55,456 nucleotides of DNA from Firmicutes bacterium UBA4981 (GCA_002398515.1 DGZL01000166.1:12885-68340); one strand, 5' to 3'. Positions 18,334-28,482 are shown, numbered from the stretch's first letter. Numbers and translations: made by a program. Notes: generated from the letters alone by a model not told the origin.

Positions 18334-20077
18334 GTTAAACATACCGGTTACGATGACTCAATCCAGATGTGAAACACCGAGTGTTCCAAAGAATGTATCC
18401 ACATGTGAAAGTGAATTCAGTATTGAACTCGGTTCCAAACTGGTTTCTACTTCGACTTCTGTATTCACTGCTGATAAAAGGGACACCGCTTGTATTGGCA
18501 ATCCCTGTTCCCATGAGAGACAGATGAACGGCTGTTATGAAGTGCCCCTCGAGAATGAGAATGAGGAGAACGACCCGGAACATGAGGGACAGGCACGTGA
18601 CGCAGGAGCCGGAAAAGGCTTAGGAGACATCTCTGTCCTGCTCTTATATGCTGCTCCAGGGATATGCGGAACCCAAGACATCACACGTTTCCTATTGGCA
18701 AGAGCTGTGGGAATAGAGTCTGCAAGCAGTATAGGCGCACATGGTTCCATTGATGAGGTTCCGGAACCCACGGAGGAAGCCGGGTTCTACGGGATAGCTT
18801 CAGAGAAGGACCGGAGAGTTTCTGTGCTACGGGTAGATACACCAAACATAGACGCAGTCCCACAAGATGCTGTGGAGAGGGAAGATCGAGCCTTTAGCGG
18901 AGGACATGTAGCCTTTGAGCCGTCTGTCGAACCCTCTACTAAAGGATCTGTCTTATCTGTGGAATCACATGCCAGATCCGTTGCTGATTCCCATGACGGA
19001 ACTCCTGTTAAGCTTTTTGCAACGACTTTCGAGGCTGTGAGTAAGCACGAAAAAATCAGAAGGGCAGACAGTGAAGGAGATCCTCTCCGGCATGGCGGAG
19101 ACCGAGTTGCTACACATGATGCCCTTGATACGCAAAGCCGTCTCAGTCACGGAGGTCGATATCACGGAGTAACTGACAAGACAGAACAAGTGCAGCACGA
19201 AGAGGCACAGGACTTTGGCAAGCCGGGCAAGCTCAACAATGACAGTCTCAGTAAGCCAAATGAAGAAAGAACAGTCGATTATGTGGACAACGACGGTAGG
19301 CTGCTATTTTCGCACGATATGTCGGTAACTGCGAAAACTTGCGAATATGCAGTGGAAGGTCAGGTAGATTCTGACGAGGCTTTTGAAATTCCATATGTAG
19401 AGAAAAAGATGCAGGATATGTCAAGAGGGGTTGCAAGCGTCTCAAGTGACAGGCATAAGCGAAGAGGAGATGAAAAAGCACGTTCCATAAGCCCTATCAA
19501 GGGTATTGATAAGCCTCGCCTTGCGCGGCCGGCAGGGGTGTCTCATGGGGTTTACGACGGAGCTTTGTCAAAAAACGAAGTCCGAAATCCGGACAGAACG
19601 TATCTCCAGCCTAATCAGAAAGCGTTAAGGAGCAGCATGGTCCGGCAGATAGTTGATAGGGCGGAACTCCGGCTTGGAAGGGAACAAGCCCAAATGATTA
19701 TTGATCTGAAACCGGACATCTTAGGAAAAGTCCATCTGAAAATCTCTCAGGAAGCAGGCAAGGTCGTAGCGGAAATCAGAGCGGAAAACGCAAGCACAAA
19801 GGCGCTTATTGAGTCAGGCTTGTCTGACCTGAAAACAGCTCTTTCCGAAAAAGGGTTCTCATTTGATGCTGTCACTGTTTCATGGGATTCCAGTGGAGGT
19901 TCGGGAGGCGCGCAATCCGGGGGTAACAGTCTCCCATGGTTTTCTAAGCCCGGGGAATGGGTCCCTGATGGCAGGATTGCTCAGGCTCTGACGTCGGCAA
20001 ATACAGTGGATTCAGATGATGTTGCATCTGCAATTGGGGCCTTTGGCATGATGAAGTACTTGGATTATATTGCATGA
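18311..20077 (+). CDS. fliK: Flagellar hook-length control protein FliK (long, divergent N-terminal region)
   Basis: The C-terminal part (AELRLGREQAQMIIDLKPDILGKVHLKISQEAGKVVAEIRAENASTKALIESGLSDLKTALSEKGF) matches the Flg_hook/FliK C-domain. Sits between fliJ and flgD. Confidence 0.75.
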   Translation: MKGASLVKLNIPVTMTQSRCETPSVPKNVSTCESEFSIELGSKLVSTSTSVFTADKRDTACIGNPCSHERQMNGCYEVPLENENEENDPEHEGQARDAGAGKGLGDISVLLLYAAPGICGTQDITRFLLARAVGIESASSIGAHGSIDEVPEPTEEAGFYGIASEKDRRVSVLRVDTPNIDAVPQDAVEREDRAFSGGHVAFEPSVEPSTKGSVLSVESHARSVADSHDGTPVKLFATTFEAVSKHEKIRRADSEGDPLRHGGDRVATHDALDTQSRLSHGGRYHGVTDKTEQVQHEEAQDFGKPGKLNNDSLSKPNEERTVDYVDNDGRLLFSHDMSVTAKTCEYAVEGQVDSDEAFEIPYVEKKMQDMSRGVASVSSDRHKRRGDEKARSISPIKGIDKPRLARPAGVSHGVYDGALSKNEVRNPDRTYLQPNQKALRSSMVRQIVDRAELRLGREQAQMIIDLKPDILGKVHLKISQEAGKVVAEIRAENASTKALIESGLSDLKTALSEKGFSFDAVTVSWDSSGGSGGAQSGGNSLPWFSKPGEWVPDGRIAQALTSANTVDSDDVASAIGAFGMMKYLDYIA

Positions 20078-20120
20078 ACGAGCTGTAATTAGTTTGAGCG
20101 GATAAGGCGAGAGGGGAGGT

Positions 20121-20534
20121 ATGAGAATGAATGTATCTCTGACTGCAGCTTCGACAGGGACAGGTAATCAAGAAGTAGACTTTAAGCAAGACAGAATGAA
20201 TTTGGGAAAAGATGACTTCCTGAGGCTACTGATTACTGAATTGCGTTATCAGGATGCTTTGAACCCTGTAGATGACAGGGAAATGATAGCTCAACTGGCG
20301 CAGTTCTCCAGTCTTGAGCAGATGCAGAATCTAGGCAACAAAGTTGAAGAGCTGGCCAGGGCACAAAAGGCCACCCAAGCTGCATCATTAATAGGGAGAA
20401 CAGTAACCGCCGTAAACAGTGACGGTGAAGAAGTAGCCGGGAAAGTCACAGGTGTGGAGTTTTACGGCGAGTATATGTATTTGACAGTTGCTGACCGGAA
20501 GATTCTGTTCACAAACGTATTAAAGATATCGTAG
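20121..20534 (+). CDS. flgD: Flagellar hook capping/assembly protein FlgD
   Basis: LGKDDFLRLLITELRYQDALNPVDDREMIAQLAQFSSLEQ is the FlgD N-terminal signature. Confidence 0.9.
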   Translation: MRMNVSLTAASTGTGNQEVDFKQDRMNLGKDDFLRLLITELRYQDALNPVDDREMIAQLAQFSSLEQMQNLGNKVEELARAQKATQAASLIGRTVTAVNSDGEEVAGKVTGVEFYGEYMYLTVADRKILFTNVLKIS

Positions 20535-20545
20535 AGGCAAAGGGG

Positions 20546-20950
20546 TTGGTCGTTGTGGTTGACGGGACAGTTTTCCAAAGGCTGCCGGTGGGCCCGGTAA
20601 AACCGGACAGCCCTGTCCGGGGGAAGTCCGCTCCGACACCAAGCACAATTGAAGGCCGAGGTTTTGGTGAAGTCCTGCGCCAGGAGATTGACAGGGAAGA
20701 AATAAAATTCTCCGGCCATGCCACAATGCGTATGAGGACACAAAACATATCCCTCTCTCAGAGTGAAATAATGAGACTTGGCGAAGCGGTGAATCGCGCT
20801 GAAGCAAAAGGCGCCAGGGAATCATTGATTCTCATGGACAAGCTTGCTCTCATCGTGAGTATCAGAAACAGGACTGTCATAACTGCTGTTGATGAAGAGA
20901 GAATGAAAGAGAATGTGTTCACTAATATTGACAGCGCGGTGATTGTGTAA
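20546..20950 (+). CDS. Flagellar operon protein (small conserved protein found between flgD and flgE in Firmicutes)
   Basis: FSGHATMRMRTQNISLSQSEIMRLGEAVNRAEAKGARESLILMDKLALIVSIRNRTVITAV resembles that family. Position-specific. Confidence 0.65.
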   Translation: MVVVVDGTVFQRLPVGPVKPDSPVRGKSAPTPSTIEGRGFGEVLRQEIDREEIKFSGHATMRMRTQNISLSQSEIMRLGEAVNRAEAKGARESLILMDKLALIVSIRNRTVITAVDEERMKENVFTNIDSAVIV

Positions 20951-21045
20951 AGACAAGAAATGAATAAGGGCTGGACCTCGCAATGAGGGGGCCCTGCGTC
21001 GTAAGAGACACTGACGACGCGCAGTAAAGGGGGCTATGAGCGAAA

Positions 21046-22269
21046 ATGATGCGTTCAATGTTTGCCGGAGTATCTGCCTCCAGGGCGCACCAAGCCTGGA
21101 TGGACGTTATAGGCAATAACATAGCTAATGTTAATACGACAGCTTTTAAGGCGGGAAGAGTGACGTTTGAAGAAGTGCTCGTGCAGACCCTAAGGGGCGG
21201 GAGCGCTCCTGTGCAAGGGGGAAGAGGCGGCATAAACCCGATGCAGGTCGGACTTGGGATCTCAGTGAACAGTGTAGACACTGACCATACACAAGGCAAT
21301 ACCCAGCCTACTGAAGTGCCCAGCGACCTTGCCATTGACGGTGTGGGGTTCTTCATCCTTGATGACGGGGAGAGAACCTGTTTTACACGTAACGGAAGCT
21401 TCAGAAGTTCTGCGGACGGAACTTTAGTATCAACCACAGGGTACAGGGTTCAGGGTAGACAAGCCAATCCTGACACAGGTGCTATTGATAGAACCCAACC
21501 TATAGGAGATATCAAGATTCTCCTCGGCCAGGTAATGGAGGTCTCCCCTACACGAAACGTCAGCCTCAGGGGAAATACTGATTCTATGAGCAGTGCGGGA
21601 TATTCAGTGTCAGCGCCGTTCCATATATATGATTCCCTGGGACAAATACACTTGATGACTGTAGAATTCGTAAAGATTGACGACAACCAATGGACGTGGA
21701 CTCTCAGTGAAGATAGCAATCCGACTGTCCCTGTTGCAAACGGGCAAATAGATTTTACTCAAAGCGGTAAATGTGATACCGCGCCACAGCCAATTACGTA
21801 TGATCCGGGTGGAGGCGCTGAAGTGCAAACCTTCACGCTGGACTTTTCGTGGATTACCCAGTTTTCTGAAACATCCATGGTCTCCCTGAGCTTTCAGGAC
21901 GGGTTTCAAGCCGGGACGCTGGAGACTTTCAATATTGACGCAAGCGGAATTATTACAGGAATCTACTCTAACGGGCAGCAAAAGGTTCTCGGGCAAGTCG
22001 AACTCGCCACATTCGGGAACCCTGCAGGACTCATGAGGCTTGGTGGCGGACTGTATCAGATATCCCCTAACTCAGGGTCTATGAATGCCGGCGAGCCTGG
22101 GAGACATGGCAGGGGGAAGATTATCAGCGGGGCTCTGGAGATGTCCAATGTAGACTTGGCTAAGCAGTTCACGGATATGATCATATCCCAGCGTGGTTTC
22201 CAGGCCAACTCGCGAGTAATCACCACCGCGGATGAGATGCTTCAGGACCTGCTAACGCTGAAGCGTTAG
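21046..22269 (+). CDS. flgE: Flagellar hook protein FlgE
   Basis: MMRSMFAGVSASRAHQAWMDVIGNNIANVNTTAFK N-terminus. C-terminal GALEMSNVDLAKQFTDMIISQRGFQANSRVITTADEMLQDLL. Confidence 0.93.
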   Translation: MMRSMFAGVSASRAHQAWMDVIGNNIANVNTTAFKAGRVTFEEVLVQTLRGGSAPVQGGRGGINPMQVGLGISVNSVDTDHTQGNTQPTEVPSDLAIDGVGFFILDDGERTCFTRNGSFRSSADGTLVSTTGYRVQGRQANPDTGAIDRTQPIGDIKILLGQVMEVSPTRNVSLRGNTDSMSSAGYSVSAPFHIYDSLGQIHLMTVEFVKIDDNQWTWTLSEDSNPTVPVANGQIDFTQSGKCDTAPQPITYDPGGGAEVQTFTLDFSWITQFSETSMVSLSFQDGFQAGTLETFNIDASGIITGIYSNGQQKVLGQVELATFGNPAGLMRLGGGLYQISPNSGSMNAGEPGRHGRGKIISGALEMSNVDLAKQFTDMIISQRGFQANSRVITTADEMLQDLLTLKR

Positions 22270-22279
22270 GGCAAGAAGG

Positions 22280-22477
22280 GTGGAGTCTGACATAATCAAG
22301 GTTTACAGATTCGATGGCTCAGAACTGGTGGTAAACGCAGATCTGATAGAGACTGTAGAAGCTACACCGGATACTGTCATTACCCTTACTACCGGTAAGA
22401 AGATTGTTGTGACTGACAGTGTAGAAGTGATTATCAAAAGAGTTGTGGATTATAAACAAGCAATATTCCGTAGATAA
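22280..22477 (+). CDS. flbD: Flagellar protein FlbD
   Basis: 65 aa. IKVYRFDGSELVVNADLIETVEATPDTVITLTTGKKIVV matches FlbD. Confidence 0.85.
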   Translation: MESDIIKVYRFDGSELVVNADLIETVEATPDTVITLTTGKKIVVTDSVEVIIKRVVDYKQAIFRR

Positions 22478-22491
22478 AGTCTGCCGGTTTT

Positions 22492-22526
22492 ACAGGGGGC
22501 AGATAGGCGCAATTCCTGCCCCCTGT
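22492..22526 (+). repeat. 11-bp stem / 13-nt loop hairpin in the flbD-motA spacer
   Basis: ACAGGGGGCAG-ataggcgcaattc-CTGCCCCCTGT. No T-run. Confidence 0.85.
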
Positions 22527-22555
22527 GGGAACGTAATCAAATGCGGAGGCGTGAT

Positions 22556-23365
22556 ATGGATTTAACCACAGTCTTAGGGCTTATATCAGGGGTTCTTCTA
22601 ATTAGCATCGGAATACAAAGGGGCGGGGCTGCAAGAAGTTTCTTTGACTTGTCAGCTGTTTTCATCACAGTCGGGGGATCCCTTGCCGCAACTGTGGTGA
22701 GTCTTCGCAAAGAAGATATAAGAAATGCCTTTAAGGTGGCATCTATCACCTTCAAACAGAAGACCACAGACTACACTGCAACTATTGAACAGCTAATCAT
22801 CCTTGCGGATCTTGCCAGAAGAGAAGGATTGCTTGCCCTCGACAATGCCCTTGACGAAGTAGATGATGAGTTTCTCAAAAGAGGCATGCAACTTGTCGTT
22901 GATGGGATTGATCCTGAAATTACGCAGGAAATCCTTGAGACCGGTATTACGGAAATCGGGGAACGACACAAGATGGGTAGAAGGCTATTTGATCAGATGG
23001 CAACATTTGCGCCTGCTTTTGGTATGATAGGGACTCTCATCGGGCTGATTCAAATGCTCAGGACCTTACATGATCCCAGTAAGATCGGGCCCGGGATGGC
23101 AGTAGCCCTAGTCACTACTTTTTACGGCGCTGTTTTGGCGTATACGGTTTTCATGCCTTTATCTGCAAAGCTAGCTGTGAAATCTCAAGAAGAGATGCTT
23201 CACAAGGCAATCATACTTGAAGGCATACTCGCTATACAGTCCGGAGATAATCCCCGAATTGTCGCAGAAAGGCTTAAGTCTTACCTTCCGTCATCTGAGA
23301 GGGATGAGGTGGCATACGTCAGAAGACCGGCCCCGACCAGGGAGGAGGTGGAATCGCCTCTATGA
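22556..23365 (+). CDS. motA: Flagellar motor stator protein MotA
   Basis: MDLTTVLGLISGVLLI N-terminus, PAFGMIGTLIGLIQML and PGMAVALVTTFYG (MotA/TolQ/ExbB channel motifs). ATG 22556 follows GCGGAGGCG. Confidence 0.9.
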   Translation: MDLTTVLGLISGVLLISIGIQRGGAARSFFDLSAVFITVGGSLAATVVSLRKEDIRNAFKVASITFKQKTTDYTATIEQLIILADLARREGLLALDNALDEVDDEFLKRGMQLVVDGIDPEITQEILETGITEIGERHKMGRRLFDQMATFAPAFGMIGTLIGLIQMLRTLHDPSKIGPGMAVALVTTFYGAVLAYTVFMPLSAKLAVKSQEEMLHKAIILEGILAIQSGDNPRIVAERLKSYLPSSERDEVAYVRRPAPTREEVESPL

Positions 23366-24111
23366 GACGTAGATTCCGGGAAGAAGAAAAGCAAAACGGC
23401 GCCCCTGGGTGGATGGTTTCTTATGCGGACATGACTCAACTTTTGCTTACGTTTTTCATACTCTTGTTTGCACTTTCATCTATAGACGCTCTTAAATTCC
23501 GTCAAGCTGCATTATCCCTGCAAGGGGCTCTCGGTGTCCTTCCTGCAGGAACAGGCATACTCGATGTTGGATATGTAGCTCCTATGTCTCCGTCCCTCAG
23601 ACCGGATGAGTACGGCAATGCAGAGCTTGTTGCCATGGAAATGGTGCAAAGCGCGTTCAAGGAATATATTCACGGACAATCCCTGACAGATAGCGTCCGT
23701 TTAGAACTCACCGAGCGCGGGCTTGTCGTCAGCTTCATGGATAAGGTGTTGTTTGACGTAGGCGATGCAGAGCTTAGGACTGAGGCCCGTCAGGTCCTTC
23801 GAGAGGTGGCCGTTATTCTACATAAGATACCGAACGATATGAGGATCGAGGGACACACCTGCGACTTGCCGATACGGACATCCAAGTTTCCGTCGAATTG
23901 GGAGTTGTCAACGAGTAGAGCATGTTCTGTGCTCAGGTGTTTTATTGAAGAAACCCGCCTTCAGCCCGAGAGGTTTAGCGCTATGGGCTACGGTGAGTAT
24001 CGGCCCAAAGTACCTAATACGGATGAAACCTCGAGAAGCCTTAACCGTAGAGTTGATGTAGTTATCTTAAAAGACAGAGAAAAACTCGTGGCGCCCGGGA
24101 GCGCTGATTGA
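23362..24111 (+). CDS. motB: Flagellar motor stator protein MotB
   Basis: WMVSYADMTQLLLTFFILLF TM segment with the conserved Asp. C-terminal OmpA-like domain (NWELSTSRA..., NRRVDVVIL). ATGA overlap with motA. Confidence 0.9.
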   Translation: MRRRFREEEKQNGAPGWMVSYADMTQLLLTFFILLFALSSIDALKFRQAALSLQGALGVLPAGTGILDVGYVAPMSPSLRPDEYGNAELVAMEMVQSAFKEYIHGQSLTDSVRLELTERGLVVSFMDKVLFDVGDAELRTEARQVLREVAVILHKIPNDMRIEGHTCDLPIRTSKFPSNWELSTSRACSVLRCFIEETRLQPERFSAMGYGEYRPKVPNTDETSRSLNRRVDVVILKDREKLVAPGSAD

Positions 24112-24133
24112 TAAACGGAGGATAACCTGGATA

Positions 24134-24664
24134 ATGAAGGACTCTAGAATACAGAGCGCAGTTGAAATCACAGAAAACACTAAACAAGTACAAGCTAAAC
24201 CAGGATCTCGTTTTAGGAAAGGACGCATATGGATGATATCCATAATAGCGCTATTGTCCCTTTCAATTGTTTCGGGAGTGCTTCTCTACAATGGACAATT
24301 TTCTTCTCTGGCTACGGAAGATGGCGAGAATCCAAAATTATACAGCCCTGGGCCGATTTATTCGTTTGGGCCGCTCATTGTCAATATTGCGGGAACCAAT
24401 GCAACGCGATATCTAAGGATAGGCGTTAGCGTGGAGTGCGGTTCCCAAGAAGCTCATGGAAAGCTCGTTGAAAATGAGGTAAGAATTCGCGATAGGATTT
24501 TGGATCTCTTGTGCGTCCAATCTATTGAGGAATTGCTGGATGTATCGACAAGAGAGCATCTCCGCGCTAAGATGGCTGTTAAGATACGGGAAGCTCTTGG
24601 TAACGGAAAGGACAGTTCAGAGTGGATTAGGTCTGTGTATTTTTCAGAGTTCACTATTCAGTGA
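24134..24664 (+). CDS. fliL: Flagellar basal-body-associated protein FliL
   Basis: Single N-terminal TM. FGPLIVNIAGTNATRYLRIGVSVE and C-terminal VYFSEFTIQ are typical of FliL. Confidence 0.85.
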   Translation: MKDSRIQSAVEITENTKQVQAKPGSRFRKGRIWMISIIALLSLSIVSGVLLYNGQFSSLATEDGENPKLYSPGPIYSFGPLIVNIAGTNATRYLRIGVSVECGSQEAHGKLVENEVRIRDRILDLLCVQSIEELLDVSTREHLRAKMAVKIREALGNGKDSSEWIRSVYFSEFTIQ

Positions 24665-24679
24665 CGTGGGGGCGGTAGC

Positions 24680-25681
24680 GTGGATAACATTTTGTCCCAA
24701 GAAGAGATCAACGCTTTATTATCTACTTTTTCCCAGCAAAAAGAGGCTGAATCGGGGCAATCCAGAGGCAGGTCGGAGATGCGGCAGGTTAGGCCTTATG
24801 ACTTTAGACGTCCTGACAAGTTTTCAAAAGACCAACTTCGTGTGCTTGAGATGATTCATGAAACGTTTGCCAGGTCTCTGACGCCGTGGATGTCTTCGTA
24901 CTTTAGGATTCCGGCGAAAGCATCCCTTGATTCAGTCTCTCAACTATCCTTTGATGAATTCTCTTCTTCCCTGGAGCTTCCCAGTGTCACAGTGGTTTTC
25001 TATATGGAACCCCCGGGCGACAGAGGTATTGCTTGGATGAGTCCGGATCTGGCTTCAGCAGTGCTGGACAGATGTCTGGGTGGCCCAGGCTTGGCCGGCG
25101 GAAAAGTCAGAGAACTGACTGGTATTGAAGAAGGCGTCTTACGCGGTGTCATGATCCGTATTCTTGACATGTTAGCTATGGCATGGGAGCACATGGCAGA
25201 GATTACTTTCAGTCTCGGCAATCTTGCTTCAGATCCACAGTTTGCACAGATAACCTCAGGGACTGAGACTGTGGGTAGGATTGATCTTGGGATAACACTC
25301 GGAGAGTCCAGTGGGGATCTTAGGCTATGCTTCCCTTACCCCCTGATCCAACCTTTAATTCCGAGATTGGCTATTGAAAAATGGTTCAGAAGGGGAAGCG
25401 ATGTAGAAAAAGGCGCCGAAAGCGGTGAAGCCCTCAGGGGACGTCTTGCCTTAGTAGAGGTTCCTGTAGTGCTTGAAGTCGGACGAGCCGCCATATCGGT
25501 CAGCGAGTTCCTAGATTTGAAAGTGGGCGATGTTATTAAATTGGACAGCCGGTATGGAAAGGATCTTGTTGTGCGTGTAGGCGGAGGGAAGAAATTCTTG
25601 GCAAGGCCCGGGGTGTTAGGGAGACGCCTTGCATTTCAAGTAAATCGTGTGGTGCGTGACGGAGGAGGGGCTCTACAATGA
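24680..25681 (+). CDS. fliM: Flagellar motor switch protein FliM
   Basis: N-terminal [10 protein letters not shown] (CheY-P binding-type motif), [18 protein letters not shown]-terminal SpoA-like domain. GTG start. Confidence 0.93.
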   Translation: MDNILSQEEINALLSTFSQQKEAESGQSRGRSEMRQVRPYDFRRPDKFSKDQLRVLEMIHETFARSLTPWMSSYFRIPAKASLDSVSQLSFDEFSSSLELPSVTVVFYMEPPGDRGIAWMSPDLASAVLDRCLGGPGLAGGKVRELTGIEEGVLRGVMIRILDMLAMAWEHMAEITFSLGNLASDPQFAQITSGTETVGRIDLGITLGESSGDLRLCFPYPLIQPLIPRLAIEKWFRRGSDVEKGAESGEALRGRLALVEVPVVLEVGRAAISVSEFLDLKVGDVIKLDSRYGKDLVVRVGGGKKFLARPGVLGRRLAFQVNRVVRDGGGALQ

Positions 25682-26064
25682 CTGATAAAGCAATTGCCGG
25701 AAACGACCATGATGACATGACTTTGGAGCATAATGAGGAGGATACGGTTAAGCGGGCAAAATTTGAGGCGTTCGGAGAACCGATAAGAGAAACGCCGGAA
25801 GGCCATGGCAACATAAACCTTCTTCTTGATGTTCCTCTGCCTGTATCAGTAGAACTTGGAAGAACCACTATGACTATCCGAGACATCCTGGACCTCGGGA
25901 CCGGTTCTGTAGTGGAAGTAAACAGAGTGGCCGGAGAACCGGTGGACATTCTTGTCAACGGCAGGCTTGTGGCAAGAGGAGAGGTTGTTGTGATAGACGA
26001 GAATTTCGGCGTAAGAATACTTGACATGGTTTCGCCGGAAGAAAGGCTTATGGACGGGGACTAG
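25678..26064 (+). CDS. fliN: Flagellar motor switch protein FliN (short form, no CheC-like domain)
   Basis: 128 aa. [58 protein letters not shown] is the SpoA/FliN domain. Confidence 0.9.
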   Translation: MTDKAIAGNDHDDMTLEHNEEDTVKRAKFEAFGEPIRETPEGHGNINLLLDVPLPVSVELGRTTMTIRDILDLGTGSVVEVNRVAGEPVDILVNGRLVARGEVVVIDENFGVRILDMVSPEERLMDGD

Positions 26065-26086
26065 AGCTTTCACTCAATAAGCGCTG

Positions 26087-26539
26087 ATGAGAGAGGAGAC
26101 TCGCAAGAGGATGGAACCGGTTGTGCCCAATCCTATTACAACAAGTATCAAAGTCCTTCTGGGACTGGCCCTGATTATAGGTCTCATTTACCTTGTTTGC
26201 CTTATCCTCAAGAGGATTCAAGAAAGCAGAGCTGCCGTATTCGGCAAGCCGGTTTTGGAGCTTGTAAGCACAATCAATCTCGGACTTGGGCCGGGCAGAT
26301 CTCTACATGTTGTGAGAGTTGCTGACAGGTTTTTCGTTATTGCGGCAACAAGCGCGAAGATTACACTTCTCGCCGAGCTTGACAAAAGCATAGAAGAGAT
26401 GAAAGTCGAAAATGAACCGCAGGAAACTGACGTAGCTAAGGGGCAGGGATTCCATGAGCTTCTCGCAGCATATACACAAAAGTTTGTCCGTAGCAGTCAG
26501 ATACCCGGGGGGTTAGAAGGCCATAAAGATGAAAGGTAA
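26087..26539 (+). CDS. fliO: Flagellar biosynthesis protein FliO/FliZ
   Basis: Single TM (VLLGLALIIGLIYLVCLIL), then LHVVRVADRFFVIAATSAKITLL. Sits immediately upstream of fliP. Confidence 0.7.
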   Translation: MREETRKRMEPVVPNPITTSIKVLLGLALIIGLIYLVCLILKRIQESRAAVFGKPVLELVSTINLGLGPGRSLHVVRVADRFFVIAATSAKITLLAELDKSIEEMKVENEPQETDVAKGQGFHELLAAYTQKFVRSSQIPGGLEGHKDER

Positions 26540-27380
26540 GAGAACAGGAGATAAAAGGGAATTTATTGGGCGACTGCATATCTGTGCACGGTTGTCGCTG
26601 CTTGTAGCTGTTCTCGTCATGGTTGTTGCGCAAGCTTCTGTCGTACACGCTCAGCCTGCTTCCAGGCAGGAACCGGGAAGCGGTTTCGGGGGTATCTTCT
26701 CCGTTCCCCTTCCGAAAATAGAGATTGGTGTCACAGAGTCGAGAAATCCTGAGGATATCCCTTTAGCTCTCGAGATTCTTGCCTTGCTTACCATCTTGGC
26801 TTTGGCTCCTGCCATACTCATAATGCTCACCTCGTTTACAAGGCTTGTGATAGTGCTTTCCTTCGCAAGGAGCGCCCTTGGCTTACAGAACGTTCCACCT
26901 AACCAAGTGGTTATCGGTTTGGCTCTATTCTTAACCTTTTTCATAATGTCGCCTGCTCTTGGTTCCATCAATGAGCAGGCTCTCAAACCTTATCTTGCAG
27001 GTCAGATAACAGAAGTGGAGGCGGGAGCATTAGCGTGGGCGCCTATACGGGATTTCATGTTGCGACAGACCAGGGAGAAGGATTTGGCGCTCTTCATTTC
27101 TCTTTCAGGGAGTGAGCGCCCCAAGGCTCCCGAGGATGTTCAGGCTGTAGCCCTTATGCCGGCATTTGCCATCAGCGAATTAAAGACTGCTTTTCAGATA
27201 GGTTTCCTAATATTCGTGCCTTTTCTTGTGATAGACATGGTTGTGGCAAGTACTCTCATGTCTATGGGAATGATGATGCTGCCGCCGGTTATGATATCTC
27301 TTCCGTTTAAGATATTGCTCTTTATCATGGTTGACGGTTGGAATCTGGTAATAGGCTCACTCATGCGAAGCTTTAGATGA
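26529..27380 (+). CDS. fliP: Flagellar export apparatus protein FliP
   Basis: TSFTRLVIVLSFARSALGLQNVPPNQV, FAISELKTAFQIGFLIFVPFLVIDMVVAS. Confidence 0.93.
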   Translation: MKGKRTGDKREFIGRLHICARLSLLVAVLVMVVAQASVVHAQPASRQEPGSGFGGIFSVPLPKIEIGVTESRNPEDIPLALEILALLTILALAPAILIMLTSFTRLVIVLSFARSALGLQNVPPNQVVIGLALFLTFFIMSPALGSINEQALKPYLAGQITEVEAGALAWAPIRDFMLRQTREKDLALFISLSGSERPKAPEDVQAVALMPAFAISELKTAFQIGFLIFVPFLVIDMVVASTLMSMGMMMLPPVMISLPFKILLFIMVDGWNLVIGSLMRSFR

Positions 27381-27400
27381 ATGCCGAGGAGGTAAGCAAA

Positions 27401-27670
27401 GTGACCCAGGAATTCGTGATAGGCATTGCCCAGAGGGCGATCTTAGTTACACTCAAACTTTCGGCTCCGATTCTAAGCTTTGCGTTGCTTACAGGGGTGC
27501 TGGTGAGCCTATTTCAAGCCATGACCCAAATCCAAGAACTGACTCTTGCGCTGGTCCCTAAGATTCTTGCCGTCATACTTGCGCTTGTGTTATTTGGTCC
27601 GTGGATGTTAAGGGTTATTGTGGAGTTTACATCTGAGTTGTTTACTAATCTACCACACTACGTGATATGA
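27401..27670 (+). CDS. fliQ: Flagellar export apparatus protein FliQ
   Basis: GTG 27401 lies 7 nt after GAGGAGG and gives 89 aa. Two TM segments, LFQAMTQIQELTLALVPKI. Confidence 0.88.
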   Translation: MTQEFVIGIAQRAILVTLKLSAPILSFALLTGVLVSLFQAMTQIQELTLALVPKILAVILALVLFGPWMLRVIVEFTSELFTNLPHYVI

Positions 27671-27699
27671 CCTGAGTATGCAGAATAGAGGTACGACCC

Positions 27700-28479
27700 A
27701 TGAGTTTTGCAGGGCAAGCCCTATTAGAAATTCAAACATATCTTATGGTTCTTGCAAGAATAGGGGGTCTGTTTGGGTTTGCGCCTGTCTTCGGGAGCCA
27801 AAATATTCCGAGGCAGGCAAAAATAGCATTATCCCTGGTCTTGGCATTGGTGATATTCCCAGGCGTATCTTTGCCTGCAACCGGATATCCCGAGAACCTT
27901 ATTGGCTATACCTTGTGCATAGGCAGGGAGATTATTGTGGGGATTGTCATAGGATATGTTGCAGCTCTCATTACAGTATCAGTGCAACTCGCAGGACAAT
28001 TAATAGATATGCAAATCGGGTTTGGATTGGTTAACGTACTGGACCCTGTTTCAGGCAGGCAAGTTACTGTGATCGGGCAGCTTCAATACATTGTAGCCAT
28101 ACTTCTTTTCCTGGGAACCAACAGTCACCATATACTCTTGACAGCTATTTTGGAAAGTTACCGTTTAGTGCCGGTTGCAGAGTTTACCCTGAGTGCAGCA
28201 TTTCACACAGGCATTGTGGCATTATTCCGAAATATGTTTTCGCTGGCATTCAAGATTGCTGCACCGGTCACCTGCGCGCTGCTTCTCACTGATGTAGTCA
28301 TGGCTATTCTGGCACGAGCCGTCCCTCAAATGAACATATTCATTGTGGGATTTCCTCTGAAGATTCTTGCCGGTCTCCTTGTTCTGGCAATGGCAATCCC
28401 GGCATTTGCAGGCCTCTTGAGAGGATCCTTCTGCGGACTGGAACGGGACATAGTCCTTGTGCTAAGAGGTGCAAGGTAA
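27700..28479 (+). CDS. fliR: Flagellar export apparatus protein FliR
   Basis: 259 aa polytopic protein. LVLARIGGLFGFAPVFG, QLAGQLIDMQIGFGL. Confidence 0.9.
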   Translation: MSFAGQALLEIQTYLMVLARIGGLFGFAPVFGSQNIPRQAKIALSLVLALVIFPGVSLPATGYPENLIGYTLCIGREIIVGIVIGYVAALITVSVQLAGQLIDMQIGFGLVNVLDPVSGRQVTVIGQLQYIVAILLFLGTNSHHILLTAILESYRLVPVAEFTLSAAFHTGIVALFRNMFSLAFKIAAPVTCALLLTDVVMAILARAVPQMNIFIVGFPLKILAGLLVLAMAIPAFAGLLRGSFCGLERDIVLVLRGAR

Positions 28480-28482
28480 CGC

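Noticed and set aside
22475-22510. Sigma-D promoter in front of motA (TAAA ... GCAGATAG)
   Set aside because: The -10-like box matches only 6/8 positions. The spacing to TAAA is about 19-20 nt instead of 15-16.
27678-28034. 118-aa ORF overlapping the 5' part of fliR in another frame
   Set aside because: The fliR frame has the conserved polytopic FliR sequence. The alternative frame is Cys/Arg-rich noise.
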